Assembly (NCBI GenBank): GCA_965197905.1
Contig: CBDAOB010000005.1
Location: 2,400,001-2,464,000, forward strand
DNA from: Candidatus Latescibacterota bacterium
Lineage (GTDB): Bacteria > Latescibacterota > UBA2968 > UBA8231
DNA length: 64,000 nucleotides
Direction of reading: 5' to 3'
Part shown: in pieces, positions 11,569 to 21,182 of the stretch
Layout of the letters: every line of letters begins with the position of its first letter
Position numbering within the stretch: the stretch's first letter is position 1
Notes under the pieces: generated by a model
The model's database searches: none
What the model was told of the DNA's origin: nothing
The model's input: only the letters and a program-made list of their open reading frames with translations
Made by a program: the position numbers and the translations under genes

Positions 11569-13416
11569 TCAATTCTGATTGATTACGACAAGCTCTTTGT
11601 TGAGATCGTCAATCTTGGTCGTCGCCGAAGAGGTTGCATCCGCTTCGGCCGCCGAGCTCCGCTCGCGACCCATTAGTTGTGCGATATGCGCCGCGAAGTT
11701 GGCTGCCGTCCCTATGTGTCCCTTGGTGTGAGGCACGACGTACAACCCCTCTTTGAGCTCGGGATGTTCCTCGACATACGCTTCGATTTCAGAGGTCGAT
11801 ATCCCCCACTCATCCAAGGTCCGGGCAAACTCCCCTTTGCACTTGGTCTTGGCTTCGCCAAGAGCCATCTGAACGCGACTGTGGGCATTGATTTCGCCCT
11901 CACCCGAGGTCTCGATTGGCAGGTAGATGATATCCTTAAAATTGTTGATCACCGCTGACTGCGCCCCGTCAGATTGGGTGCTGGGCATGCAACCAAATGG
12001 TTTGAGCCCCAGGACCATATGGGCGAGATCCTTATTGTGGTAGTAGATATTCTTCGCCACCTCCATGTATCCCTCTCCCCCGCCGGCCTTGGTGCTGTAA
12101 AAGGGATCCCCAAGGCGCTGCAGCTCGTACTGATTGCACAAATCGTGGGGGACGTCGGACAGCGCCGTCCGCAGCCGTCGCCACTCGCGGCTGAAAAGCT
12201 TCTCTACCACGGTAAGGAGGACGAGAGGGCGGTAGTCTTTATAGAGACGTTTTGCCTTAGCCCCGAACTGCCACCAGTCCAATTTCTCCCGTAGTTCGTC
12301 GAGCCCGGCTCTATCCTCCATCTTGCGTTTCGACTGGCGAATGACATAGGTCAACCAGGTTCCGATCGGTTCGACCATCACCTGAGCTCCCTCGCGCTGA
12401 AGGAACTCGAACATGTTGAAGTTGCCGTCCCCTTCGGTGGTCTGGGCCCAGAACTCTCCGGTGATCTTAACTATCGGCTTCGGGCGCGTCCGATCGACCT
12501 CCACCTCGTTAAAGCGCGCGCCTGCACGCTGCAGAGCCTGCACGTAGTCCTCACCGAGCAACTGGCGATAAAACTGACCAGCTAGCTTGGCTTTACCCTG
12601 GATGCTTGGAAACTTGGCCAGAAACCTGGCCAATCTGCCGTCGGGAGCGTAAACCGCCCCCTTCTTGAGAACCTCGCGCATCTCTTCTACGCAATCTTTC
12701 AAAACGCGATCGGTATCCCCTTCGTTCACCTCGTAGGGGCGCAACTGGTAGGCAACGTCATTGAGTTGGTCACCGATACAAAAAGCGTTCAACAAACCCA
12801 GGAAGAATTCGGGATTCAGCTCGAGCCCGGCTTCCAACTCGGATTGAGAAAGTCCACCCGTTTGCGAGAACAGCAGGACCCTGAATCCATCGAAACCCGA
12901 ATTGCGCAAAGCCAAGCGGTACTCAGCCTCGTACATACCGAAGCGACAGGGCCCGCAGGCGCCAGCGGTCAGGAACACGTAGTTGTCGATTATCTGCTCG
13001 CGGCTTTCACCATTTCTTTCCAACCCCTGGAGGTATTGAACAAGATTTCCGACGGTGAAATAGGTCGGATTGCACTGGCCGTTGTTGCCATATTCCTTCC
13101 CCAACTGGAAAGCCTCCACGTCGGCCGTAGGAATATTCATGGCCTTGTACCCTAACCCTTCGAGCACTCCGTGGATGAGGCGCTCGTGTTTCCAGGTCAA
13201 ACCACCGTAGAGAATGGTGGTGTGATGCCGCTGGTCTTTGGTGAAAAACCGTTCCTCAGGTTTGGCAAAGTGTTTCCGCTCTTCCTCTTCCAAACCTAGT
13301 TCGGCTTCCAACGAAGCGCGTTTTTCCGCCAGCTTTTCTTGGATCTGCTTTTCCACGCTGCCTGGGTTCGCTGTCGCCGGATTTGCGACATCCAATTTTT
13401 GTTCCATCAAGCTCAC
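11569..13416 (-). CDS. 2-hydroxyacyl-CoA dehydratase-like Fe-S protein (PlsR-like)
   Basis: GQCNP, GACGPCRFGMY, ITGEFW, GGEG, KPFGCMP motifs. Start placed at GTG 13416 after a GGAGG SD. Confidence 0.8.
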   Translation of the reverse strand: MSLMEQKLDVANPATANPGSVEKQIQEKLAEKRASLEAELGLEEEERKHFAKPEERFFTKDQRHHTTILYGGLTWKHERLIHGVLEGLGYKAMNIPTADVEAFQLGKEYGNNGQCNPTYFTVGNLVQYLQGLERNGESREQIIDNYVFLTAGACGPCRFGMYEAEYRLALRNSGFDGFRVLLFSQTGGLSQSELEAGLELNPEFFLGLLNAFCIGDQLNDVAYQLRPYEVNEGDTDRVLKDCVEEMREVLKKGAVYAPDGRLARFLAKFPSIQGKAKLAGQFYRQLLGEDYVQALQRAGARFNEVEVDRTRPKPIVKITGEFWAQTTEGDGNFNMFEFLQREGAQVMVEPIGTWLTYVIRQSKRKMEDRAGLDELREKLDWWQFGAKAKRLYKDYRPLVLLTVVEKLFSREWRRLRTALSDVPHDLCNQYELQRLGDPFYSTKAGGGEGYMEVAKNIYYHNKDLAHMVLGLKPFGCMPSTQSDGAQSAVINNFKDIIYLPIETSGEGEINAHSRVQMALGEAKTKCKGEFARTLDEWGISTSEIEAYVEEHPELKEGLYVVPHTKGHIGTAANFAAHIAQLMGRERSSAAEADATSSATTKIDDLNKELVVINQN

Positions 13417-13479
13417 GAGATTACCTCCTAGAGGGTAGTACAAGGTGTGGTGCGATCGTTTTAGGCTCTCAAGACTTCA

Positions 13480-13499
13480 TAGACTGACATGTCAGTCTA
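13480..13499. promoter_or_regulatory. Perfect 20-bp palindrome, probable TetR operator
   Basis: TAGACTGACATGTCAGTCTA is its own reverse complement; it lies between tetR and the PlsR-like gene and overlaps the -10 box. Confidence 0.75.
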
Positions 13500-13522
13500 A
13501 CAAGGTTTCGGTCAAAAAGCAA
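13494..13522 (-). promoter_or_regulatory. sigma70-type promoter for the PlsR/PlsA-like operon
   Basis: Minus strand TTGCTT-N17-TAGACT. Confidence 0.55.
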
Positions 13523-13603
13523 TCGCTAACTTTCGCTAGCGTCAAGCAGATGTTTGAAATGAATTAGTGGAGCAGAAGGCCTGCCCGGATCAACCGGCAC
13601 GCC

Positions 13604-14242
13604 TTAGAAGATTCTCAGAGTAAGCAGGCCCTGCATTCCGAATTTGAATAATTCATCCAAAATTGCATCAATCCCGATCGAGCCGTCCTCATCCGTGGAA
13701 ATCAAGTATATGATCTCCTTGACTGAGCCGAGCACGCAGCGAGCCGCAATCTGCGGCTCGCAGTCCCGTACCAAACCTAGGCTCGTACCATGTTTGATAG
13801 CGGCTTCGATCCGCTCCAAGAGTATGTCGTAGAATTCGTCCAACTTCTGGTCAAAATCGGTGTCCAGGCCGCCGGCTCGATTGAGCAATATTTGAGTCTG
13901 GCCCTTGTCCTCGAGAGCCAGCTCGATCAGCGCACGAAGTATTCGCTTGAGCTGCTCGAGGGGTGGTGGTTCGCCCTCCTGCAGACTGATCGGCTGGATA
14001 ATCTGCTCTAGCCGTGCCAGAAGGTGATCTAGAATACTCTCGAAGACGTCGCGTTTGTTCTCGAAATACAGATAAAACGTACCCCTGGCGATGCCTGCCC
14101 TTTGAATGATGTCGGAAATCTTCGCCCGATGATACCCTTTCTCCGAAAACACCTCCTTGGCATGACGGAGCACGATCTCTTTGCGTTCTTCCTTTGTTAA
14201 CACCAACTCAATCCCCTGGAGAGCAGTCTCGCGTGTAGGCAC
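13604..14242 (-). CDS. TetR/AcrR family transcriptional regulator
   Basis: HTH region VFSEKGYHRAKISDIIQRAGIARGTFYLYFENK; the true start may be about 30 nt downstream. Confidence 0.92.
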   Translation of the reverse strand: MPTRETALQGIELVLTKEERKEIVLRHAKEVFSEKGYHRAKISDIIQRAGIARGTFYLYFENKRDVFESILDHLLARLEQIIQPISLQEGEPPPLEQLKRILRALIELALEDKGQTQILLNRAGGLDTDFDQKLDEFYDILLERIEAAIKHGTSLGLVRDCEPQIAARCVLGSVKEIIYLISTDEDGSIGIDAILDELFKFGMQGLLTLRIF

Positions 14243-14445
14243 CGGAGCCGAACGTAGAGTCAGCTCTACATCGGCTCGGGTTAGTCGAATTCAACTGATT
14301 CGATACTAATAAAGTAGGTACTAATATAACCATGAATCGCTGGAGCGTCGGCCAAATTGGACGCTAGCTCCGAAAACGGCCGCCCCACGATTCGAGAGCA
14401 GCGTCTCGCGGGGCCTCCGCGAACCATCAAATCGTACCTATATCG

Positions 14446-14474
14446 TTGCCCCAAATACACTTCCTCGCTATATT
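14446..14474 (+). promoter_or_regulatory. Candidate sigma70 promoter for the 14.6-23.6 kb operon
   Basis: TTGCCC-N17-TATATT. Confidence 0.4.
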
Positions 14475-14624
14475 TTCTACGCGAAAATTGACATCTCGGC
14501 GAAATTCCGCAGTTCGCTAATGGTGAACCATCCACTCCCGTCCAGAGATTTGGCAACAGCGTCGGGCGTCTCGTTGAGCCCCCGACGGCGCAGCAGTGTG
14601 CGCACACCCAACCGGGCTAGATAA

Positions 14625-15395
14625 TTGTTGAGACTTGCTGCTAAAGCAGTGATTCTGGTTGCAGGCAGAGGTCGTCGACTCCTGCCGCGTACGCAGTCGT
14701 GCCCGAAGTGCCTTCTTCCCATCGGCGAAAGTACGATTCTCGAGCATCAGTTACTGAACCTCTACAACGTGGGCTTCGAAGAGGTGGTCCTCGTGTGTGG
14801 GTTCGGAGCCGACAAGATCCGCCGGGCTGCCGCCGAGTTCGGCGGGGCCATGAATATCGAGATCGTCGTGAATGAACATTTTGCCGTCGGCGACAATCTG
14901 ATATCTCTGTGGGCTGCGCGTCACACCTTGGATGGCAGTTTCGTGTTGCTTAACGGCGACAACCTGTTCCACCCGAGTATCCTGGAAGGCCTGACCAGGT
15001 CGCAGGATCCCTGCTGTCTGATGATCAGTCGGAAAGACTGTTACGACGATGACGACATGAAAGTCCACATGGAGGGAAGTCGGATCGTGAGGATAGGCAA
15101 GGAACTCGATCCTCACACTACCGACGCCGAATCCATCGGAATAATGCGGTTTGCGTCCGACGCAGTTGATGAACTCAAGGAACGACTGGAAGGGATCATC
15201 TCAGGCGACCACGAAACCGACTGCTGCTATCTCACCGCGGTGCAAGCAATGATAAACACCGGTTACCCGGTCAACTTTCGCGATGCAGAAGACCTGCCCT
15301 GGGCAGATGTCGATACCTTTGAAGACTTGAGTTTTGCCAGGACGCACATGCCCATGTTTTCCCAGTCGACAAGGAACCGGCTCGAACCGGTATAG
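14625..15395 (+). CDS. Phosphocholine/sugar-phosphate cytidylyltransferase family (second copy)
   Basis: ILVAGRGRRL...PKCLL, DNLISLW, NGDNLF, DDDMKV, ESIGI, WADVDTFED. Confidence 0.85.
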   Translation: MLRLAAKAVILVAGRGRRLLPRTQSCPKCLLPIGESTILEHQLLNLYNVGFEEVVLVCGFGADKIRRAAAEFGGAMNIEIVVNEHFAVGDNLISLWAARHTLDGSFVLLNGDNLFHPSILEGLTRSQDPCCLMISRKDCYDDDDMKVHMEGSRIVRIGKELDPHTTDAESIGIMRFASDAVDELKERLEGIISGDHETDCCYLTAVQAMINTGYPVNFRDAEDLPWADVDTFEDLSFARTHMPMFSQSTRNRLEPV

Positions 15396-15403
15396 GCTCG
15401 CCT

Positions 15404-16813
15404 ATGGTGAAGAAAGGCGTTCTCGTTTTCGAGAACACGGGAGCCGGGTTGAGAGCCATGAAACAGCGAGTCGCCGGCTTGACGCTTCTGGAGCGCGGCA
15501 TTCGGACGATGGCCAGGGCTGGCCTCCGATCGATCGTCGTGCTTTGTCCGTCAGGGGGACAGACCAAGCTCAGTCCGGTGACCCGAAAGTTGGAGATCGA
15601 GATCGATTTCGTTGCCTGGGAATCCCCTGAGGACGCCATGGATTCTTCGGAAGGTCATCTTCTCCTTTGGGGGGACCACGTGCACCATCACTCCTCGCTG
15701 TGCGAATTGATGGAAACGGAACTCGGTCCGCACGAGTTGATCGTCCATGCCGGACAAACGCACCAAGCTGTAAACCTGCCGGTCGGTTTGGACCAACTCC
15801 AGAGAGGGGCTGATACAGCTGCTGAAGACGGTTTGGCGAGCACCGGCGCTTTTCTTTGTGCAGCCGGGGTTCTCACTCCCGGCGCCATCTCATCCAGATG
15901 CTGCGACTTGGAAGCCCTCATTAGGCAGGGTATCGACGGGTTGCGATTCGAACTGCGCCGGTCGGAGCAGGAACTCTGGCGCCGGGTGGTCGATCGGTCG
16001 AGCAGTCGCAGCGCCAAGAACATGCTGTTCAGCCAAGTGACCAAATCTACGAGCGGGTTCGTATCGCGCAATATCAATGCCCGCATCTCTATCCCTACTA
16101 GCAAACTGCTGGTCGAGACCGGACTCTCTCCCCATGCAGTGACCGTCCTGTTCGTGCTCACGACCGGTTTGGCGGCAGCGTATTTTGTCACCTTGGCGGA
16201 AGATTACAAGATGCTGCTTCTTTCCGGTGTGTTGTGGCAGTTCGCCGCCATCTTCGATCGTTGCGACGGCGAGATTGCCAGAGTTCGCCTCTGCGAATCC
16301 AAATTTGGCGCCTGGTTCGATACCGTGACGGACAACATTGCTTATATCGCAGCCTATGTAGGACTACTGATCGGCGTACAGCGCCTCTACCCCGACCATC
16401 ACTACTACATGGGGCTGGGAGTTTCTGCCGTGATCGCCCTGTTCCTCTATCTTGGCGTGGCTTACAGGTACGCGCTAAAAACGGGCTCCGGGAGTTTGCA
16501 ACATTACTTGAGGGACTCTATCCAGAACGTGCCGGCGGACGAGAAGATTTTCGTTTACAAGATCATGGAGAGGTACGGATTTATCGCCAAGCGCGACTTC
16601 TTCTCATTCTTCTTTTTTATCACCGCCGCAACGAATATGATTCAAGCAACCTACTGGTTCGTGATCATTGGCCAACATCTCCTGGTGGTGGCGGTTCTCG
16701 TTTCGCAGCGGAAGGTCCATGAGACCTACCAGCGCAATCGCATTGCCAAAGACGACGGCGTTCCGGCTCTCGAGCCGGTGCCGATCACGCCCGGATCTGA
16801 GAAGGCGCGATGA
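15404..16813 (+). CDS. CDP-alcohol phosphotransferase with N-terminal degenerate nucleotidyltransferase-like domain (second copy)
   Basis: VAGLTLLERGI N-terminus; SRNINARIS, SPHAVT, DRCDGEIAR...GAWFDTVTD; multiple TM helices. Confidence 0.85.
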   Translation: MVKKGVLVFENTGAGLRAMKQRVAGLTLLERGIRTMARAGLRSIVVLCPSGGQTKLSPVTRKLEIEIDFVAWESPEDAMDSSEGHLLLWGDHVHHHSSLCELMETELGPHELIVHAGQTHQAVNLPVGLDQLQRGADTAAEDGLASTGAFLCAAGVLTPGAISSRCCDLEALIRQGIDGLRFELRRSEQELWRRVVDRSSSRSAKNMLFSQVTKSTSGFVSRNINARISIPTSKLLVETGLSPHAVTVLFVLTTGLAAAYFVTLAEDYKMLLLSGVLWQFAAIFDRCDGEIARVRLCESKFGAWFDTVTDNIAYIAAYVGLLIGVQRLYPDHHYYMGLGVSAVIALFLYLGVAYRYALKTGSGSLQHYLRDSIQNVPADEKIFVYKIMERYGFIAKRDFFSFFFFITAATNMIQATYWFVIIGQHLLVVAVLVSQRKVHETYQRNRIAKDDGVPALEPVPITPGSEKAR

Positions 16814-17871
16814 AGTTTTTCAAGCTGGTCATGCCGGGCTTGGGGCTATTGTTCCTGGGGTATCTGATCGGCAAGCTCGGACCGGACGAAATTCTGCGCA
16901 ACTTCGTTCTCATGAAGTGGTCGTTTCCACTCGTCCTCCTTCTCGCCGGTTCCTGGCACGTAACCAATTCGTTGGCGTGGAGCTTCGCCTTTCCGCCAGG
17001 TGCGTTTCGTCCGCGCTTTCGGATGCTGATCATGGCAAAACTCGCCGGGGACGCGGTCAACCAGCTGACGCCGCTTGCCAACATCGGCGGCGAACCGCTC
17101 AAGGCGTACCTGCTCAAACACGAGTCTCCAACCTCCCGGGGGCTTGCATCCGTGGTGATCAACAAGACCGCCCAGATAATGACCGGGCTTCTATTCACCA
17201 CGGTTGGGCTCGGATTGGTCGTAATCCACAATCTTCAGGCGCCCTACGCAATTCCCCTTCCATTGCGTGTGGGCTTCGCGTTACTGCTGATGCTAGGCGC
17301 GGGCCTTATGTGGCTGTTCTTCATGAAACAGCAACACATGTTTTCTTCTTTGCTCAACCTCCTTCGACGGGTCGGAGTAAACACGCGACTTCTGGAAAGC
17401 AGAATGGCCAAAGCCGCTAATATTGACGACAACATCAAACGTTTCTACCGCGACTACAAAGGACGCTTCTTTCTGGTCCTGTTGTTCCACGCCATGGGTT
17501 GGCTGCTCGGCGCCTGCGAGACATTCGTCATCCTGAAAACCCTCGTTCCCAGCACCGGTTTTCAGGTCGCCTTTCTCATCACCGCTCTCACCGTCGTGAT
17601 CAACAGCCTGTTCTTCTTTATGCCGTCGAATATCGGCGTCCTCGAAGGTGGCCAGGTCTTCCTGTTCCTGACGCTCGGGCTTAGCCCGACGATGGGCCTT
17701 TCCCTGGGCATCGTGAAACGCATGCGCAAGATATTTTGGATTTTCCTCGGCTGGCTTTTCCTAACGCGCATGAGCCGGGGCGTGTTGGAGGCGAACATTC
17801 TGGAAAAAAGTCGCGCCTCGGCGGCATTTGATTCTGCTATGGAACAGAGCAATCGCTTGAATTATCCCTGA
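16810..17871 (+). CDS. Lysylphosphatidylglycerol-synthase-TM / UPF0104 flippase-like membrane protein (HpnL-like)
   Basis: NQLTPLANIGGEPLKAY and PSNIGVLEG motifs, multiple TMs, ATGA overlap with the upstream gene. Confidence 0.8.
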   Translation: MKFFKLVMPGLGLLFLGYLIGKLGPDEILRNFVLMKWSFPLVLLLAGSWHVTNSLAWSFAFPPGAFRPRFRMLIMAKLAGDAVNQLTPLANIGGEPLKAYLLKHESPTSRGLASVVINKTAQIMTGLLFTTVGLGLVVIHNLQAPYAIPLPLRVGFALLLMLGAGLMWLFFMKQQHMFSSLLNLLRRVGVNTRLLESRMAKAANIDDNIKRFYRDYKGRFFLVLLFHAMGWLLGACETFVILKTLVPSTGFQVAFLITALTVVINSLFFFMPSNIGVLEGGQVFLFLTLGLSPTMGLSLGIVKRMRKIFWIFLGWLFLTRMSRGVLEANILEKSRASAAFDSAMEQSNRLNYP

Positions 17872-17873
17872 CG

Positions 17874-19220
17874 ATGCACAAAGTCACGATTGTTCTCTAT
17901 TGTGCTGCCGCAGGCGTACTCTGCGCAAGCCCATCCCAATCCCAATCATCAATCCACAGGTATAGCCTTTCGGAACTCATCGAAAGAGCGACGAGTCACA
18001 ATTCCGAGATCGGGGAAGCGAAGTGGCGGCTCCGCAAGGCCGAAGCCCGGCAAAGACAGGCGTCGGCAAGCCGGATTTTGCCTCGGCTGCGGCTGTCCAG
18101 CGAAACGGGACTCGTACCGGAAGCGGAAGGTGACATCTTTAATCCACCATCCGATACGACCGGGGTCAGACCCCTTGGCCCTTTCGTGCGAGCAGAGCTC
18201 GAATTCGCCCAACCGATCTATGCATTTGGCAAGTTTGGCAACCTCATACGAGCCGTAGAAGCAGGGGTGGCGGTGGAGGAGGCCGCATTTGATGAGACTT
18301 CGCTGGCTGTAGCGTTCGAAACCAAAGAGTTGTACTACAGCCTTTTGTTGGCGCTCGATTTGCAAGATCTGGTCGATGGTCTGATCGACCAGCTCGAGGA
18401 AAGACGGCTGGAGTTCGAGGACAATCCAGATGTCACCCTCGCCAATGAGTACAAGCTGCGCCTGGCCCTCGTCGAGCTCAAACATCAGGCCGCAGAAGCC
18501 GGAGCCAACGCGGATCTCGCCCGCGCCGCTCTGGCGTGGAAGGTGGGTGTGGCAAAGGCCGATTCGCTGCAACTGGCGGATGAGTGGCTTGAACCGGAGG
18601 TTCCTATTGTGCCGTCTTTGAATGACCTGGTGTCTCAAGCGTTGGCCACGCGTCCCGATTGGCGCAGATTACAGGCCGGCATGAACGCCAAGAGAGCCCT
18701 GCGCAACGCCGCACAAAATGCCTATTTCCCCGAGATCTTTGTGGGGGGCGGCATTCGTTATGCCGTCGCTCCGCATCGAACCGACCAGCACAGCCCATTC
18801 GTCGTGGACAATTTCAATTACTTCAATGGGGGGGTTTTCCTGGGGCTCCGGCAGTCTTTCGAATGGGCGATGTTGCGCGGCGAGTTGGACCAAGCGCGGG
18901 CGGAGTATCGCGAATTGGTGGAAAAGGAAAGAGGAGCCAGCCAAGGCGTCAGGGTCGACGTCAAACGCGCCTACTCCCGATACACGATAGCCGAGACCGG
19001 ATTCGAGGTCGCCCGGGAGCGACGCAAGCTCACCCGCGAGTGGTTGCGACTCGCAAAGGAGGAGCAGGAATTCGACCCCGGGCAGGTGAAGGAACTGGTA
19101 ACCGCTTACGAGGCGTGGGCTCAGCAGGAACGGGATTACCTGGAGGCGATTTACGCCTTCAACATAAACCTGGCAAAACTCGAGAAAACGGTGGGCGGCA
19201 CCAGCCTGGTCAAACGATGA
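17874..19220 (+). CDS. TolC family outer-membrane efflux protein
   Basis: Signal peptide, two OEP-like repeats (LPRLRL..QPIY; ALATRPDW..YFPEI..LRQSF), C-terminal LAKLEKTVG. Confidence 0.85.
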   Translation: MHKVTIVLYCAAAGVLCASPSQSQSSIHRYSLSELIERATSHNSEIGEAKWRLRKAEARQRQASASRILPRLRLSSETGLVPEAEGDIFNPPSDTTGVRPLGPFVRAELEFAQPIYAFGKFGNLIRAVEAGVAVEEAAFDETSLAVAFETKELYYSLLLALDLQDLVDGLIDQLEERRLEFEDNPDVTLANEYKLRLALVELKHQAAEAGANADLARAALAWKVGVAKADSLQLADEWLEPEVPIVPSLNDLVSQALATRPDWRRLQAGMNAKRALRNAAQNAYFPEIFVGGGIRYAVAPHRTDQHSPFVVDNFNYFNGGVFLGLRQSFEWAMLRGELDQARAEYRELVEKERGASQGVRVDVKRAYSRYTIAETGFEVARERRKLTREWLRLAKEEQEFDPGQVKELVTAYEAWAQQERDYLEAIYAFNINLAKLEKTVGGTSLVKR

Positions 19221-20560
19221 GTGTGGCGATTGCGATTCTGACCATCATCCTCGCGCTGATGGGGACGGCGGAGATCCGGGGACAGCAGCAGCTAGCGGTC
19301 GAGGGAGAGAGTTTTCTCCTCCGGGAAGTCCGCCTGCTAAATGGGCACCTCGAAGCTCCAAAGGAGAATCTGCGCCAGGATCTGGTCGCCATGGCTGACG
19401 GTCTGATCGACTATCAGCACCTTACCGATGCAAGCTTCGACGGGTACTGCGAGTCGAGCCTGAGCAGCTATCGCAACACCAAAGGCGAGAGCGAGCTGGA
19501 GATCCTGATCGGCAACTGCCAAAAAGAGCTGTCAGCGGCATATCGCAACCGCCTCCTCGCTGATTTCGCCCGATTCGTTCGTTACAATCTGGGAGGCGCG
19601 ATCCAGATACTGGCGTGCGACTTGCGTAGCGATTCGGGGATCGTGCAGGCCAAGCTCAGCTCCTCCCACGGCGAGTTCGATTTGGAGATCGCGCTCCGCC
19701 GCAGCGGTGATCTGTGGACCATCGGCGATCTGTCCATAGACAAAACCCTGCTCAGCAAACATTATCGAAAGCTCGGAAAATCCGTAGAGAAGAAGAACTA
19801 TTCGCTGCCGGTCATGCTGGCCAGACTGGAAGACCGGAACCACATCGTCCTGGAGGATTTTTCGTCCAGCTCGGTTGGCGAGCTGCCAACAGGATGGGGA
19901 TGGCGAGATCGGGATGACAACAAACCGAAGCCTTACAAGGTGGGCGCCTCCAAGGACCGTCATTTCCTCGCCGCAAAAGACTCCGGTGGATCGGTCATCC
20001 TGCTGAAATTTGCGCACTGGAATCCTCGTGAGTTCCCCATACTGACCTGGTGCTGGAGGGTCAATGCCTTGCCCCCGGGTGGAGATGAGCGCTACGACAA
20101 CACCAACGACAGCGCGGCGGGTCTATACGTCAACTTCTCCACAAACTGGATCGGTTTACCGAAGTACATCAAGTACGTCTGGAGCAGCACGCTGCCCGTC
20201 GGTACGGTAAACCGTCGCAACCGGATCGCGCGCCCGTGGTTCTTCGTCGTCGAGAGCGGGGAAGACAACCTCGGCCAATGGATCTTCGAAAAAACCGACC
20301 TCTCAAGGGACTACCAGCGGATCTATTCAGAGCACCCCCCGAAGCGCACGATCGGCCTTGGCATTCTTACAGACGCGAACTCTACGGCGTCGGTGGCCCA
20401 CGCAGATTACGCCGATTTCCGCGCCTGGACGCGCGAAGCCGATGTCGATGGCTCCATCTACGATCACTGCAAGTGTGATTCTGGAGGAAGGTCAACCTTG
20501 GAACACCGCGATTACCGCGACGACGTATCCCTAGTAACAAAGGAGGAGAGGGAATGGTAA
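19217..20560 (+). CDS. Exported MlaC-like plus DUF3047 fusion protein
   Basis: Start at ATG 19217 (ATGA overlap with the tolC stop), signal peptide, MlaC-like end (WTIGDLSID..HYRK..MLARLE), then DUF3047-like FPILTWCWRV..YVWSS..VVESG..ILTDAN. Confidence 0.65.
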   Translation: MSVAIAILTIILALMGTAEIRGQQQLAVEGESFLLREVRLLNGHLEAPKENLRQDLVAMADGLIDYQHLTDASFDGYCESSLSSYRNTKGESELEILIGNCQKELSAAYRNRLLADFARFVRYNLGGAIQILACDLRSDSGIVQAKLSSSHGEFDLEIALRRSGDLWTIGDLSIDKTLLSKHYRKLGKSVEKKNYSLPVMLARLEDRNHIVLEDFSSSSVGELPTGWGWRDRDDNKPKPYKVGASKDRHFLAAKDSGGSVILLKFAHWNPREFPILTWCWRVNALPPGGDERYDNTNDSAAGLYVNFSTNWIGLPKYIKYVWSSTLPVGTVNRRNRIARPWFFVVESGEDNLGQWIFEKTDLSRDYQRIYSEHPPKRTIGLGILTDANSTASVAHADYADFRAWTREADVDGSIYDHCKCDSGGRSTLEHRDYRDDVSLVTKEEREW

Positions 20561-21174
20561 CACCCCTCTGGATCGCCTCCGCGCTTTGTCTTTGTTACAT
20601 GTCTCCCATCGAGACTCGGGCCGAGGAACCGATCGTGAATTCGCCCATACACGTCCTCAAAGAACACGATCGGGCGGTGCAGGCTATCCTCGACAGCACC
20701 GGTGGAGACTCGTTGAATTTAGCGGTGCGCCAAAGAATCAAGAATCACATCAATGCCACCTTCGATTTTAAGGAGCTGAGCAAACTGTCACTGGGCCCAC
20801 ACTGGATGGAACGCAGTTCGGCGGAACAGCAGCACTTCGTGTCCGTTTTTAGCGGGATCATTCAAGAGCAGAACTTTGAAAGTTTCCTGCGCTACTATCG
20901 CGAGAGCGAGATCTCCTATCACGACGAACGGATTGACAGCACTTTCGCCACCGTAAACGCTCTCGTGCCGCTGAAAGCCGAGCAGGTCGAAATCACCTAC
21001 CATCTTCATCGCGTCGACGGAGAGTGGAGGGTATACGACCTGTTGATCGATGGTTCCAGCACCGCTGCTGGACACCGGCGAAGACACATTCGCTACATTG
21101 CCAAGTACTCCTATGAACGACTCGTCGAACAGCTGGAGAAACAGTTGGCAAGACAAACGGGCGGCAACAGCTGA
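20554..21174 (+). CDS. MlaC/Ttg2D (HpnM-like) periplasmic lipid-binding protein
   Basis: FDFKELSKLSLGPHW..QQHFVSVF..ITYHLHRVDGEWRVYDLLIDG; signal peptide. Confidence 0.85.
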   Translation: MVTPLWIASALCLCYMSPIETRAEEPIVNSPIHVLKEHDRAVQAILDSTGGDSLNLAVRQRIKNHINATFDFKELSKLSLGPHWMERSSAEQQHFVSVFSGIIQEQNFESFLRYYRESEISYHDERIDSTFATVNALVPLKAEQVEITYHLHRVDGEWRVYDLLIDGSSTAAGHRRRHIRYIAKYSYERLVEQLEKQLARQTGGNS

Positions 21175-21182
21175 ATCCATCG

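Noticed and set aside
14488..14493. Perfect TTGACA
   Set aside because: No acceptable -10 hexamer at 16-18 nt spacing.
18659..19216. N-terminal extension of the 633-aa ORF overlapping tolC
   Set aside because: Low-complexity off-frame read of tolC; signal peptide and ATGA coupling give a start at 19217.
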